The position numbers and the translations under genes were made by a program. From the NCBI RefSeq assembly GCF_000150275.1, contig NW_002060945.1, forward strand, positions 6,811,607 to 6,875,606: 64,000 nt of DNA, in the 5' to 3' direction. A model generated the notes under the pieces. The model searched no databases and was not told the DNA's origin. It saw nothing but the letters and a program-made list of their open reading frames with translations. Below, in pieces: positions 1 through 16,200 of this stretch (its first letter is position 1; every line of letters begins with the position of its first letter). Source of the stretch: Trichoplax adhaerens. Lineage: Eukaryota > Animalia > Placozoa.

Positions 1-3000
1 TATACTTGCAACCGTAACGGCAAAGTTGGATAGAGAAACTGAATTATACTTCATCACGGCCTGCTTTAAAGGTTTGCAAAAATTATTGGATCAAAAAGGT
101 AAAATATCCTAGTAAATACATCGAATTCTATTTGTTTATATCAGTCGATACTGTTTAACATTCTGGTCATCAATATCTGCTTAGTAGACGAAAACCAAAT
201 TACTCTAATGAGTCAGTATTCAAGCATCGTCCAAGCTAAACTAACGGAGGTTTGTAACTATTCGAATAATTTACTACAATAATTAAATGTTTTCTAAGGT
301 GCGTATATAATCCCTTAGATGCCTTTATTTTGCAGAGTTTATGTCAAAGTTCTACACTTGAAATCGATTTTTGGAAAAATTTTGTTGATGCCATTTGCAT
401 GTACGTGATGTACCTTAAATTCGTATATCATCATCGCAACATTCAGCAATATTCGTATTTAGAAGCTCTTCAATAATACACTAAATATATTTTCTCATAT
501 CCGCAGGAAAGACACTTTCTTCAAACCTACCATAGATACCTTAGTTACAAGTATAGATATCATTTCCAAGATAAAGCCGCAAGATATCTCCGAACAACTT
601 ACAGTATTGTATCGACACTTCATGGTATTGATCTCAACTCATAATAGTTTGCTACCACTGTTTGCGACAGAAAAAAGTAAATCAGCTATCATGCTCCGTT
701 ACTAGCATTTTTGTAACTGTTCGATGATCATTATGTAGAATAAATACGCAATATTGGACTGTACTATAAGAAACAAAAATTTTTATTATGTAACGGGTTT
801 GCCTCAGAAACAATTATTTCCCCTTCATAGATGTTACCGAAGATGATGAATGTTCGATATTGCAATTGCTTATCACCATTGAAAATTTGTCATCCGGAAG
901 CTGCTGCGAACAAGATGATCTGGTACCGCTGCTGTGTATTTATACAGCCACATTAAAGAGGAAAGGTATGTTTAGTCCATACGTAATTCCGTACTACATA
1001 TTACTATGGTATTGCTGTGCTAATAATTAGCGTACTTCGATTATCGTAATTTAGATCAACAAACACTGTATCTCCTACAGAAATACGAATCGAATGATTT
1101 TCCGATAGCTAATGTTTGGTATGAATTATTAATTATCAATGCTTCAGTCATAACATAATTTAAGTAATGAGAAATTATTGTAATACTTTGATGCTTAAAT
1201 CTCCGGTCTTTAAGTTCACCTATAATTTGGGGCCCTGCTGCTAAAGAATACTTTAAAAATCGAAGTAAATCTGCTAGCTTTCAAACTCTCTGGGAACAAC
1301 CTAGTATGCAGGAAATTTTATCAATTCTAGATCGTAAACAAATGAGAAAAAGTATCATTAATTTTCCTTTATCTCGCAATTTAAAGGTACATATGTTAAA
1401 CTACTTGCGTTGTAATAAGCTGCGTGCAATATTCCTGTAGAGCATTCATGAAATAATACAGAATGTTGTTAATGTCATTGCAGGCGAAAATAGCACATTG
1501 GACATCATATTCCGACGATCCTACTCTATATGATCCTTGTTTCCTGTTACCACTCTTTTGTGGCCTGCTTCAACCAGGTACCGGCTTGAATGTAAAATAC
1601 AATATCATGCTAAAGTCCCTGCAGTTTGCTTAATTTCTATATCTGTGAACATTAGGTTGTGTTGTTGACTGTCATCAATTCCTGGAAAGAGATTGTTTAT
1701 GCTATTCTGCAGCTGCTCTTACCTCTGACGAAGATGATATTCGTGCCATGGGTTACTACATTTTAAGCACGTTTGAGTCAGTTGCCGCTGATAGTAGATT
1801 TCGCGAAAAAACTCAGGTTGACGGAGTCTGATATCAATACGCATGTTGTAATGCTACGCACTTAGTACCACTGATTAATTATTATTGATATTCGATTTAG
1901 ATTTTCATGGTACTAGACACCTTAAAGAACAGTATCACTAGCCCAAACTACAAGCTAGCCGGCATTACAGTCAATTTAATTGCATGTTACGTCGATGTTG
2001 TCCTTCATCCCGGTAATATCGGTGCACCTAACTAAAAATATAATTTTATCAGGTTATTATCTCTGATGCGTCTACAATATTGTTGATCTAGAGGATAAAA
2101 TGTATCTAGTGCTCAACGAATATCTTCTGAAGAAACCAACTTTAAATCTTCGTTCGTTACATCTGTTTCAAGGCCTGTTTACAAGCCCTAATGAGAAGGT
2201 TAGCAGTCTTCCATGATAGACCATCTAAAATTGATCTCTTAAAATGACCTTGCAAAAAATAATGTTATAGGAGCGATCATGGGCATTGAATCTCTTGAAA
2301 AATAGTTTTCGAAGAATTGAAGACTACAGCCTATACATAAAGGAAGAAATTACTCTATCTTTATTATGTTATTACAATTCCTTCTCTTGTGATACAGAGT
2401 CTCAGGTAGTCTTGTGCTCTTAAGAATCTGATAGAAATTGTTTTTTATGACCTCAAAAATTTTATTCGGTCCGTATAGGATGCTATCTTCCAGATTTTTT
2501 ATAATGCTTGCAAAATACCCAGTATAGCAGTATCTTTATTAAAACATTACGGTTTCATAAATTGGATCCATATTCTGCTTCATGATAAGCGGTAAGAATA
2601 ATATTAATGGTGGTGTTTATATATAGAGCCCAAATATCTATACATCTTAACTTTGATTTATTAAACGTTCATTTCTAGGCGTGACTCGACTATTAGAACG
2701 AATCATGCTTTGAATATTCTTCTACAGTTATGGACAGCTGCTAAAAATTTGAGCGATGTACGCGTGGTAAATGATATTGCAAACCAAGTTTTCCCTTTGT
2801 GTCTAATTGTGATGAAATATTTCAGGTACTGCGAAATTATATTCACTAGCACGATATTATCTTGTCTTGGTTTTAATTTGTTCAAATTTTAACATTCTTT
2901 AGTAAAAAGTGCCCCTCCGAAAGTCAAATAAATTGCTTAATTGGTCTCCTAGACTCGCTTACCAACTACTTTGCAAGGAACACCGAACCTCTGTGCTATG

Positions 3001-4219
3001 CAAGCGAAATTTTAAATCATTCGCCTAGTTATTTTTTGCTGTTACTGGGGTCACTCATAGTTCAAGTCAAGGACAACTTTTATAGCAATAACTCTAACTT
3101 AGGCTCTACTAGCGGTTTAAAATTTCAGATAAGTAAATTTCTTCAATTAGGTGTTATGAATGATAAAAATACCTCTACAGAATTATCTTTACAACGATTA
3201 AGCCAAAAGAGAAACTCACAAACAATGAAAGAGCATATAGATGCTGAATGGCATTTAAAAATCGTAAATATTATCATCCGTTGCAAATTTACTAATAATA
3301 CTTTACGTCCTTTAAGTGAATCATTACCTTGCACTAACCATACTAGCGGAAATAGTAATTCTGATGGAACTGTGCAAAACAACACAGANNNNNNNNNNNN
3401 NNNNNNNNNNNNNNNNNNNNNNNNNNNNNNNNNNNNNNNNNNNNNNNNNNNNNNNNNNNNNNNNNNNNNNNNNNNNNNNNNNNNNNNNNNNNNNNNNNNN
3501 NNNNNNNNNNNNNNNNNNNNNNNNNNNNNNNNNNNNNNNNNNNNNNNNNNNNNNNNNNNNNNNNNNNNNNNNNNNNNNAAGAGATTACTATTAATGTACA
3601 AATCATGTAAGTAACTAATAATAAATTAGAAGATTTTAATCATCTAACATACTCAAACCTTAATTACTGTTTTATTCCATGTAGATGAAAGCTTTAGTAA
3701 TATGATCATGAAATGGTCCCGCTTAAATCAAATATTTATTATATTGTGGACAGAATTGCAAAAACATTCTGTTTACGACTCAACTGATTACAGGAATTAT
3801 ATGGATAAAATTTGCAAGCTATTAACGGCCGATTCGAGTATATATCATCAATTTAGTACGAAAATACTGCCGCAATTCGACGCGGGTCTTATCGAAGCTG
3901 AATCACCATTAATGAATCATGGTATGTTAATTAAGATGATTACTGTATTTGGTAACCAATAATGCGTAAATACTCAATAAGTATCATTTTAATATTTCCT
4001 TGCTCAGAATATGTGATAGTATCCACTGGATTAATAACTCAAGAATTATGGAACGAGAAATTACAGCCAGTTAATTTCCTGTTATACATCGCACGTTGTG
4101 CATGCTTTGATGGCTCTTCCAGTATGGAGATAGGGCAAAATTACATCCAGCAATTAATGGATATCTTAGGCGGTGAGAAGAAAGTCAAGCAGATTTGCAA
4201 ATTTAAAGACTATTTTTAG
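1..4219 (+). CDS. URB1: Nucleolar pre-ribosomal-associated protein 1 (URB1/Npa1), 3' portion, multi-exon, 5' end outside window
   Basis: Spliced GT-AG exons give DPTLYDPCFLLPLF (~1517-1560) and CYSAAALTSDEDDIRAMGYYILSTFESVAADSRFREKTQ, matching the URB1 C-terminal region as I recall it. Last exon ends at TAG 4217-4219. An N gap interrupts one exon. Confidence 0.85.
3389..3578. other. Assembly gap (190 N) inside a URB1 exon
   Basis: Run of N characters. Confidence 1.
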
Positions 4220-7200
4220 TGACTAGACGATAGGAACACAATTTGATACGCTGCGGAAATGTTCTGCGATAATTTGTACCGATTACCCATACATTGTGTA
4301 TAAAGTTTGCTTTGTATAATTTCATAACGTGTCTAATGTAGATCCTATCATCAAATAACCGGCAAGATCACATATATTTGGTTGATTATTGAGCTTTGAT
4401 TCATGCCGGATTTGTACATATTTTGATATATGTGTTAAGGCTAATTTATGTTATTGATTCTGATATTAATAAATAAATTAACTATTAAGTGTTATCTCAT
4501 ATTTAATTATTATCCTGTTTTATACGTATTACCTTTAATATTGATTTATATCACGTTGTCTAAAGAATGTTATTGACAAATTAAGAGATTCATATTCAGA
4601 TGGTGTTATATTATTATATGACTAAGTAGACGTATAGAGTCTCAACATCAATTACATAAACCATCAATTTTATGCAATTTTGCTACAGTTTCTATTGGCA
4701 ATAAATAAAGTGTTTAAAAGTTATTGTTAACGTCAACTAGGACATAGTATTATATTAGCAAGAAATGATAACATTATGGCTGAGCTAAATTTACCTAAAA
4801 GTTGCTAAAGTAGATCGATATCATGATCACTATGGATGTCTATTTTTAAGATTACTACGATGAAAAAGCATGACTCATCCAATTAGCTCCACCTTATTTT
4901 CGATGAGCTGTATGTAAAGTCATGACCTTAATTCTATTTTGAGTGATGCTACCCGAGGCTATTTCATGTCATTGAAATTTACCAAATTTGTTTTTCAAAG
5001 TGTAACCAGTTGTAAATCAAGAATAAATAATATCTGTTATTATTAGTATTTTAATAATTATTGTTTATTTAATATAATTCATTAACTAATTAATTAATTA
5101 TTTTAATATACTATCGAATGGTATGAGAGTTGAAATAATTTCTACAGGCAAATGACATGATCATAGTAGGGATAATCGCTCGGATCAATTTAAATAATGC
5201 CAATACTATTTTATTAATTGATCATCATGTCATGACTCATGAGTCGATATAGAAGGATGATTATTATCATTATTACCAAAATAGATCTTAAAGTATACTT
5301 TATGATCATATAATAAATTGAAAGATTGAAAAAGGAATAAAAACTGATTGACAAGGTTAATCCTGTCAATAAGAAATTGACTGTGTCTGGTTATCTGTCT
5401 GCAAATTATTCTAATGAATGTTTACTCTATTTATCAACAGGTTATCTTTGAATTGCACCGCAAACAGTCAATTGGCAATTTCAATGCGGATGAACAATAA
5501 CTAAATTAAATGTCTTCAAAGTCTAGATGATCATCTCGAAATTTAATACAAACATGATGCATGCCAACACTATGGGAAAAATATGACATTTCTTCATAAT
5601 AAGAAATTATGATACTATTTATCCAAGAAATTTATCCATCACTTCATTAACTCATCACTGTATCCACGTACAAAATGGTATATTCATCACCATGCCTTTT
5701 GTAGTTTGTTCAAAAATAAATTTAACTTAGTTAGAGCTATATTAGAATGATTTTTAATTGATCAATAGTTATAACTACACTATATGTAATTGCTCACTAT
5801 TCGAGACTGCCTCAGGTAGAGTTATCTAACATTGAGAATTGAAATGCTCGTAAACTATGCTACTAAATTATCATAACCATTCAGAATCATCCCATTAGCT
5901 GTCTATTAAAAGATAGTAATGATATAGCAACTATGTAGCAAATAAAGATACAAAAACAATGTAATTCAATTATAATTTGAGGTTAATTGTAATTATAATA
6001 AATTAATAATAACAATCTTCCTCATTAATGATTTAAACTTTCATTACATTAAATGATGGCATGATCTGAATAGAAGTATTGGCATTAATTAGTCTAGTTG
6101 ATATAAAGCGATATCGTTAGCAAGTTTTTATATACAGACTTGTGCTAAAATGTATAAATAAACAGTGCACAAATTAACGATCTTTCCACATTTGCTGATA
6201 AAAACGGAAATGTATTGATAAGAAATTTAACCAACAGTAATGCAATATAGAATTAATAAATATAGCTCTGATATAAGAGAGTTATCATTTCAAACTCAAC
6301 TGATTTCTGTAAATAATCAGACTAACAACATTAGTAGACGATTAATATACTATATGTCGTCGAATTCATGTATCGTCGTCTTGCATCATTGAAAGTGTGA
6401 TGGTGATAAGTGATGACTAATCGGCTGTTGATCTATTGAGAATAGACATAATAATTCAATTGTTTAGCTTTACTATAAGATTTTGATTTTGAATACAATC
6501 AATAGAGTGATCATAAAGTTTAATTCAAATTATGTCATTAACGATGATAATAGTAGCTAATTCATAAGGCTAATTTAAATATAAGCTAAAAGGATCAATA
6601 AGCTTGTTATTAATTAGTTCGTTTATTCATCGACAACGTGCTATCTCGAATTATCTACTCTAAATTATCGTAAGCTCAAAACGATGAAAGAATTTTAATA
6701 TTTTCTCCTCCTCGATTCAGTTCATATCATAACTGTTAAGACCACAAAACCAGACGTTTTATTTAATTGTCAATGCGTATATTAATATGTCTGTCTGATA
6801 TAAAATGATTGTTATGGAATAATTTTATGTCTATGCTGTCCATGGCGCCTAATTAAATGAAGTAAAAATTTAAGTTGTCGCACAGTACGCGCATCATTTG
6901 AAGACATTGTGTCTTGATTGTTTAGCCAACATTTGACAGTTTGTCGAAAATTATATTCATGTCATATTTTAGGACACACCTGATAATTTTCACACGAGAA
7001 CCTGAAATTAATAATATCAAGCTAAATAAAGACCAAGACAAATCGATAATATATTCCAGTATAAGTAGTAAAATGACAGTATTTCATTTATGCTGTGATG
7101 ATCAATTCAGCTCCATTAAATTATATGTCACCTATGATAGTGGGAATTACAGTTTCAAAATATGTCTTTTAATAAACACTACTTCTGACTAAAGGGGCCA

Positions 7201-10200
7201 TCTTAGATAGAAATGATATCTCTCTAGTAATATTAAACTGTATAAACAAGAATTATCATCTACAAAATGAACGGAATCTAAATTAACCTACTATCTTGCC
7301 ATCATTAGCGAATACCGACATAAGATGATGCTTTAAAAGGCTAGAATACATATCTTGCAATTTTGAAGTAACATACAACTGGTGTTTTTGATTAATAATA
7401 AGTTAATAATTCATCTTTTATTTCAAGCATATACGATAGTACTGAATTCTATTTAAATCGACATGTCTGAAGACTCTATAATTAAAGGCCAATTATGCCT
7501 ACGGTCATTACTACCTTTTAATCAAAACCACGTTCTCTCGTAGTAAGAATACTAGGTTACTCATATCATTATAATGGTATTTCTTAATGAGCCTATCATT
7601 ATCATATAAGATAGTAAAAGCTATTAAATCTATGGTAAAATTTTGTCATGGATCGAATTATGGTTTTTCAATACAATTGATGATGAAGGAGTATACAAAG
7701 AATACTTTTCAAAAAAAATAACAACAGATAATTGATATAATTATCCTAGCTAAACACACAATTAGTTTTATACCTCTAGGCAACATTGATAGTCATCGAA
7801 TGAAGCTGATAATTATTTTATTGTTAATGTATCATTTCTCTTTATATTCTATTTCTTTAGCGATGGAAGCAAGTCAAACATGACTAGTTACCATAACTAA
7901 GATGTACTTCTCCATGCTATGCTGTTGCATTGGGTTGAATAATACAAACTGATCTAGTAAATCGCGATGGTAAAGTACCCATATTTCTTTTCAAAACTAG
8001 ATATGCAAGCATTATATTATAAAAATTAAACTAAGCACATATTGAAAGCAATCAAGGTTAATGTATGTTGGATTCGGATAAGATATGGCTTTGGCGACAG
8101 TGAATAATAATATATTGTAATAATAAATCTTTACGCGACTATTTTAAAAGTATTGACTGTTAGGTAGCAACTGGCGATTAAACACAGATCTGCTACACAA
8201 ATACGCCTGCAGTGACCATATTTTGGGATGGAACTATTTATAGGAATGAGCTGAAAGGAAACTATAGACCTCGTAATCGAATAAAAAATAATCTACTTAT
8301 GCATTGAGCACCATGCTAAATAATGTTACTGTCCAAAGGCGAGTTAATACTGACATCGTATCTAGTTATTGATATCACGGTAAACCTGAGCTTGCGATAG
8401 ATCACAAGTTAATACCAAAATAATAATCTTCAGGAATAAATGTCTTATTTCAATTACACTTTAAGTTCGCCCGATTGAATTAAAATAGGTAATAAATGTG
8501 TAAGGAATGAAATTTAAGTTATCATTTCCATATGGTAATAATAGACAGTTGATATAAAATATATACCAGTAGCTGCTCATTTTCTTAATCACTCTAGTCA
8601 TAAATTATTTATTTATAAAAAGTAAATGCACAGGTATCAAAATTTTAATATTCTCAATTCTAACAGGGAGAATTTCGTAATACAGAAAACAACGAATGCA
8701 TTGTATCGATTGAGGGAAGGTTGAAGAAATAATTCTTTATTTATCTAAAACCATATTCATCTGAGCAAATTATTATGACAACATAGCTTTGTGTAATGAA
8801 TAAAATTATGGAATATTAAATGTATAAAATCATAAATAAATATTAAAGTGAATTTTAATGCGATCCTTACTGATCCTTTGGTGTCATACTAAATACGTAT
8901 AAGAGGTGTATAATCAGAAAATATTTAAAAATAGCATCTCCATTTTGTCCTTCTACAGTTTATCTTGGACGAGTATCTAAGTCAAATCAGTTTCAACACG
9001 TTTATGCTATCTCAGTCTTGTTAACATTATCTACCTTGCTTAAATTATCATCAACAGCTAAGATCTAGACAGACTTCCTATGGTAAAGAGATCTAATCAT
9101 ATTGGTTTCAATTAATTTATAATAGAAAAGCATTGAAGCTTTATATTATATTACAATTAATGAAAATCAGTAAATTATTAACGAAATTATGGTTAAATTG
9201 CTTGTGCAATGATAAGCTAAGTCAAATAGCTAGCTATTTATCGATACTGTAAGTACCGTAACAGTCTTAACTCTTCGGTATAGCTCAGAATTGCCACTTA
9301 AAGAATTAATCTTGGCAGCATTTTCAGTCCAATCGAGTACAAAGCCTATTAATTAACGCGCAGAGATATATTCTACAATACAATGGCAATTTTATTTACC
9401 GCTAACGGAATTTTAGCGATATTATATGATATACAAACTTAACGAATGGTGTTGGTTAATTAAATATCACTCTAAAATATTTTATTAAAGGCTATGATAA
9501 CTTGATGCCTATACAAGTTGGGATATTAGCATCCAAGAAGGTCATTTCCTTTTTCATAGGATATCATTTCTATAGCTAGTTAATGCAAATTGCTATATCA
9601 TTCTAATAATTTTGAATTGTAACATCGTACATTCATCCTTATTATTTATAATTTAATGTTATTCTGATTAAATACATACATAAAAAAGCCAAAAATTGTA
9701 AATTACTTCCTCTTTGAGTCAATCTAATTCAAACTGCATTTTACTCTCAAATTTGATGATGAAAACAGTCGTTTCCTGCTCATTAATATTCTACTTTTTA
9801 CGTAAAATCATCGTAGACTACCGGTATCCAATAGCTGTATAGTTAAAATTAACAAACTAAACTATAGATTCACTATATTTCTCAATCCGTATCGTATAAA
9901 TTGGAAATAGTGGCTATATTTATAGTTACCTCCTACGCAAAATTCTTCAACTCCTACCTAATAGGAACATTGTTCGAATGTTTCTATTTTAAAAATTATT
10001 GTCATAGGAAATAAATATAATCTTCAATTTATCAATGTTCTATTAATACCGTTTTGAATCATTCAGTAAGATTGCCTTTCCATACAGTACTACCGTATAA
10101 AATAGTAGCAAGACGCCTTGACTTTAAAAACATAATTCTGTAATTATCTTTTAATCAATCAATGTCTATAATATAAAACCCGTCAATCAAGATACGTCTA

Positions 10201-13200
10201 TTTCCTAGATAAAGATTATTTATTATTAGCCTATTCAATTTAACATTAACTTGAATACTCTACAATAAAATAGTAGAACTGCTGGAGTTGATGGCTTAGA
10301 ACTAAAAATATCCATTCTAAAAATACGGCTATTAACTAATTCACTATTTTAAAAGTCTAGACCAACTAATAAAACTTATTTGATCTTGCCTTCAATTGTG
10401 GTAAGTAGTCTTATCCTTTCTAAGTATCTATAAAAGTGGATTGTAGGATATTTTTTAAAATCTCATTCCTATTTATTGTTTTATCTATCCTTATGAGCCT
10501 GTAACTATGGTATGTTATGGATTAATCAAAGCATAAATTAACTTAAATAAATTAATAAACTAATCTTAGGAGATACATCAATACTTCGATCCTATTCATT
10601 TGAACGATAGCACAAAAGTAACAATTGAATTTATCCATCGCTTTCTAATCCCGGACAGAAATCGGAAATAATAAAATAACTTTTAACTACAGTAGTAATA
10701 GTACAGATAATAAGAAGAAAGTACCGGTGCGGAATAAAAGTGAATCAATATTAGTTCTCGTTAACATTTTTACAGTTAAGACGTTATCGAAATAAAATAA
10801 TTTTAAAACTTACTATCAACTACGCACTACCAGCACAGACGCGTGTGCCTACATATACGTTATATGAATGGATCTAGAATATGTTTTAAAAAAAATTATT
10901 CTTCATCACTCCAACTAAATAAAGATTGACACTTCCATCAATCAATTATTACAATAAAATGGATGACTGAAAAGAAATAAAGTATGTATCGCCGACCATT
11001 TTAAGTAATAACATCCATCTTCTACTGATTGTATAAGCACGTCAAAATAAAAATTAGTGTAGTAATTTCTGTGCAATAATAAATAGTAGAAAGTGAAAAA
11101 TAAAACGCCTCCACTTTTCTCATGTTTTAGTTAATCCCACTATTATCATTATCCTTGGAGGTTGTGCTATACTTACGTTGGCGGAAAAATAAAGTAAAAT
11201 CTTTTGCCAGAAATATAAACAATTAATTTACGGCTCAATAAGCATTATTCAAATAAGCACCAACTTATTTTAATTGAGAATTAAATGCATGTCAGTCATA
11301 TCTCCGACTTGCCTTGATTGGCTATTTAATTCAATTTTTATTTATCTACTAGGATAGATTTAAATCCTTCATAAATTAATAGAAAAAGATAAATATTAAA
11401 CAGCTTACTGTACACTTAAAAGCCGAAAATAAAATACAAGTCTATTTTACCTGTCCAACTGCCCTTTTTAGAGAAATGATCATTTAATGGACAATATAGA
11501 TACTAATCACTAGTTAAAATTTTGTTACGGAAAAGCCAATAGCTGGTAGACGTTTATATCTTTAGCATTGCTATGGTAGGCTTATTTAGTTCATGCCGTG
11601 TAAGTAATTTAATGGATTATTGTCTTATTTTCGAAATTTGAATCTTATTAGCGAGTCTACCCCTACATCGTATTGTATTTCATCATGATATTTTGCTATT
11701 GGATCTCATAATTTGCAGGGATCATTTCATAGCACAATGGCTATGCTGATTTAATATAGTATACTCTTCCACTATGCCGTCATTTTAAGTTATAACACAT
11801 TAAGAAGTAAATAACTTATACAATAAAATGAAGATAGAAAAGAGATATTACTCATTCTTATATTTAAGGTCAACATTCTCTTCTTTTTCAGCTGCCAATA
11901 GTGTTGAATTATTCAATGCATTAATAATACAAGAAGATGAGAAAAATAACCATTACTCATCTGCCTATTTACTCTAATAAATTCTTTACGTTGTTGTTAG
12001 GCACAACTGATTCGTATATACTTTATTGCCAACCAGTATTCATATATTATATAGCGCTAAACTGTACATGTAAATCAAACATTTAGTTAGAGAGAGGCTA
12101 TTTATAACGTTGTAATATATTAAACTGAAATAGTCATGTCTACGGAGAGAGAAAATAAATAAGAGATGGCATTGCTATACTAGAGTCAAAATACACTATA
12201 CGTAAGAAATGATTAACCATTCTATAAACTGGATTGCATCCATCTGTTCATCATTCAACGTTGCTATGTAGTAACCTTTGATCTACATCAGAATAAATTC
12301 AAAATATCACCATAAGCTATATACCTATACAACTACAATGATATAATTGTTATTTTCTTGTATAATTTATTCTAGAATACAAATTCTATTAAACAGCTTG
12401 GACCTAGTCTAAACAAAATTATACTATTGTACAGACAAGTGTATCCTAAGATACACTATGGTGGATTACTGCAAAAGCACTAGAACGACGGCCACTGCAT
12501 TCCATTACTGGTGCTTTATTACTCTCAACAGACAACGTTAACTATGCAGGATTGATCAGCTGTCAGTAATCAAACTAGCATCAGTTCCGTAAAGTCCTTA
12601 CACAACTCAACATTATCATAACGTAACGGAAACTTAGTATAAAATAATTAATTCCACTCTCTACTGAAGGCTTAAAAGTAGTTAACCATTAAGATAGCAG
12701 TAAATTATGCTAATTACTATGATACATATTCATTTGTCTGGTGGGATATCAGTATGACGATTATTACATAAATATTTATCTTATTTTCAGCATGATGTAA
12801 TACGTAGTAAATGACAACATCGATGTATCATTGGTGTTATTAATCATGTGAAATAATAACTAGCAGCTGGCATAATTCAATTAATGTAACCAGATAGATG
12901 AAATCACGACAGAAAAATTGAACTAACATTATGGTGTAAAGGAATGAGATAATAGAACAATTTACTAATCCAATAATGAATAGTTAACCGATGAGTAAAA
13001 ATAATTGCTATGAAAATGAGTCGATATAACACGATTAATACATCAAATACACTTGACAGTAAGAATAGATCCAAGCATTTCAATTATAATTTCATATGCT
13101 CTATCGCTACTAAACTGTACATATAATCTTGATTTCTGAACGAGATAGACGTCAGAAATTGTTTTTTTATTTATAATAAGAAAAGAGGGATGCTCCATCT

Positions 13201-16200
13201 AGTAGATAATGGGCGAGCAAACAACATTCAGAGGCGCCTAATAACTAGTATGTAATGTAGAATAAAGACGGATTTGAGATTATGATTCTAATTTATTTCG
13301 TTTAGCCACCTTTGTATTACAAAATTCAATGCTGACTATTTCTATCACTAGACGAAATATTTTCTATCTTCTCTTTATAGCTCTATCCATCACTTTATCG
13401 TTTACTAAACATCACGCATTATCGATATGAAAATTAGGCAACGATCTTTTTCCAATTGAAATTTTAAGCTTGGTCAACTACTTGATGATTTAATCGGTAG
13501 GATGCCGCTATATTAAGTACAGGATATCAATGATGCAATCAATATTTGCTAGCCGGCTAAAGTTAAGTACATTTACATCTTACTCATTTGATGACGCATA
13601 GGTAACTTAACCTTATTTATTACGTAAGTACTATTGGCTTGATTGTTATGGTTATTACTCTAAAGTTAGAAATGTAACTTTTTAGTAACACTATCAAGGT
13701 TATTGAGAACTCCAACTAGCCCGACAATAACAACTTAGAATGAAAGTAATCGATGATATTTATCTCTCCAACACGTCAAGATGATTATTTTAACGATTAA
13801 AATTCTTGTTGATTTTGGTCTGAATAATCAATTTAATATTTAATTATTTGTCCAACTATTTTTAGATCAATTAATTATGTTATTAAATAAAAGAAGAACG
13901 CTAAAGGAACTGGAAAATCATCTGTTGCCTTTATTCAATAATATTATCTTTATTTATCAATGTTATTAATGAAGTGATGAAGGAATGAAGAATATGCTAC
14001 CATCCTTAGCTTAATACATCACCATAGTCCATTTTTGACGCTAATTAATGCATGCTTATTCCCCTTTATTGATTTATCTACTAGCTCATTCCTCCGGAGT
14101 TATCCTAATTTTAAAAGAATTTGAGTTCTAATGGAAAAATCTAAAATGGATCATTTTTGGTCAATTTTAAATTTTATTTTTGCATAGTTACATTGCATGG
14201 CATGGTGATCATGATAGAGATTGATTTGATGTTTCTATTTTGGCATATTTTTATTTTATGGCATTATAATCTAACGCTAATAACAAAAGATCAACGTCAT
14301 GATGGTCAAGTATTAGTCAATAAGTGACTCGATATTATTAAATGAATGAAAAGTTTTAAAATTCACAGACAAACTGTGTAGAGACAAAGTCCAACAGATA
14401 ATAAAATCATCTTTTATACAAATAGTTTGTGTCTGATGCAATCGTTGAACTAGACTAATTGACCTTGGTGTTCGTGATAGCATTATCATCAAGATGAGGA
14501 AGGAGAGAGAGAGTTAACGATCAGTCTGGAAAGCAGTTGAAATAATAACAGACAATAATGGAAACCATCTAACTTGATGATGGACAAGTCAATTAAATAA
14601 TAATAAATATTGAATATTATTGATAATTGTGTATTGGATGCATCAAAAGAGAGCTTACCGTTTTAATTTTGCCCCATTTCATTGATCCAATAATATTGTG
14701 GCATCTACTCTTTCAAATCAGACTGCCGATTAACTAACGCCTACGATGGTTGGCAACGATGATGACGTTGGGAGAGTAATTGAATTAATCAGTTAATCAA
14801 ATTGATTGTGATCGAGAATGGTCGAGACAATACTATCTACTGATTACTCATTGCGTGATCGGTAGAACTAAAGTCCAATTTACATAGAGGTAATAAAAAA
14901 AATAATATTTTGATACTAGCATTGACTTCTTCTTCTTCATTAAAAAATATCTTTCCATAGTCGCCCATCTTGACAAATCATCTTGGTTATCATTGATCAA
15001 TAAGCATATCCCCCATCCTACGTTGATTCTGTATCAATGAGTGGATAATATCTTGTTCATTTTAGTAGGGATATTCAATACAGTCGAGTAAGCTTAATTT
15101 AAATTAAATTATCCCCTTATCGATTGAATGTAAGTAGATTATTTCAATACAAGAATACAATCCATTGACATCGCTCTATCTTGACCCCAAACTTTTAATC
15201 ATTTTTGTTCAATGCGCTATCAGTAACGGAAGAGTGTATTAAAAATATAAAGCAGTTGTAATATTAATGCAGGAAGTTAATAAGCTAATTTTCCGCTTGA
15301 TTAAGCATGCTATTTAAACTGACGTCATGGTTGTTATGAGATATAAAATATGGATTAATTTTACCTATTCAAGTAATCAAGAGTTATTTAATATTGCAAA
15401 TTATCAAGTTGAATCCCCTTCATCGATTTTATCCCTTTAAAGTAAAAAAAAAGAAATAAAAATAAAATGACTCCTAACTCATGGCTAAAGAAAGCGTGGT
15501 TTCCTTATTCTATTAAATGGCTAATTAGCTATTTATAAAAATTGTAATATCCATTCTATTAGGATTTGAAAAGAGGAAAGAGTTTAATATTTAATGTTGA
15601 CTCTGCTAGATACGATTACCGTTGTAATAACTATTCTGAAGTTGAACGCATATTCACTAACCTCTCCAACTTTTTTGAATAATATATTCAATTTTATTCT
15701 TATCTTACAATAAAACTCCATTTTACCTAAAAAACAATCAATTATCTTGCATTGCTTCCATCAGTTAATATTGTGAGAAGGAAAAAAGTTTTCTCCTCTT
15801 TTTGTTTTGAATATTTTCAGTTATTATTTGTTTTGTCTAAGTTTGAAGAGCTAATAAATCAGCCCACGCTCCTCTTCATACTCTTGCTCTATGTACTATT
15901 GGATCTCATTGATTCAAGTAATGGAAAATCTCCTCCCTATACCATTCTATAAATCGATCATCAATCCATTTGTTTGTATTTCTAATTTAAATGATATCGA
16001 CATGTATTAAAGCACGAAAAGAGTTCTATTATTGTTTGGTAATAAAAATAAGGGGAAAAGCTTCTATCTAGTCGATTAAATTATTGAAAGGTGAAGAAAA
16101 AAAATGGTGCAAACAGTAGAAGATTTCTTTGGGTTACAATCCATTACGACATATTCAAACTTAAGAATAAATTTATCATCACATATTCATTATTCATTTG

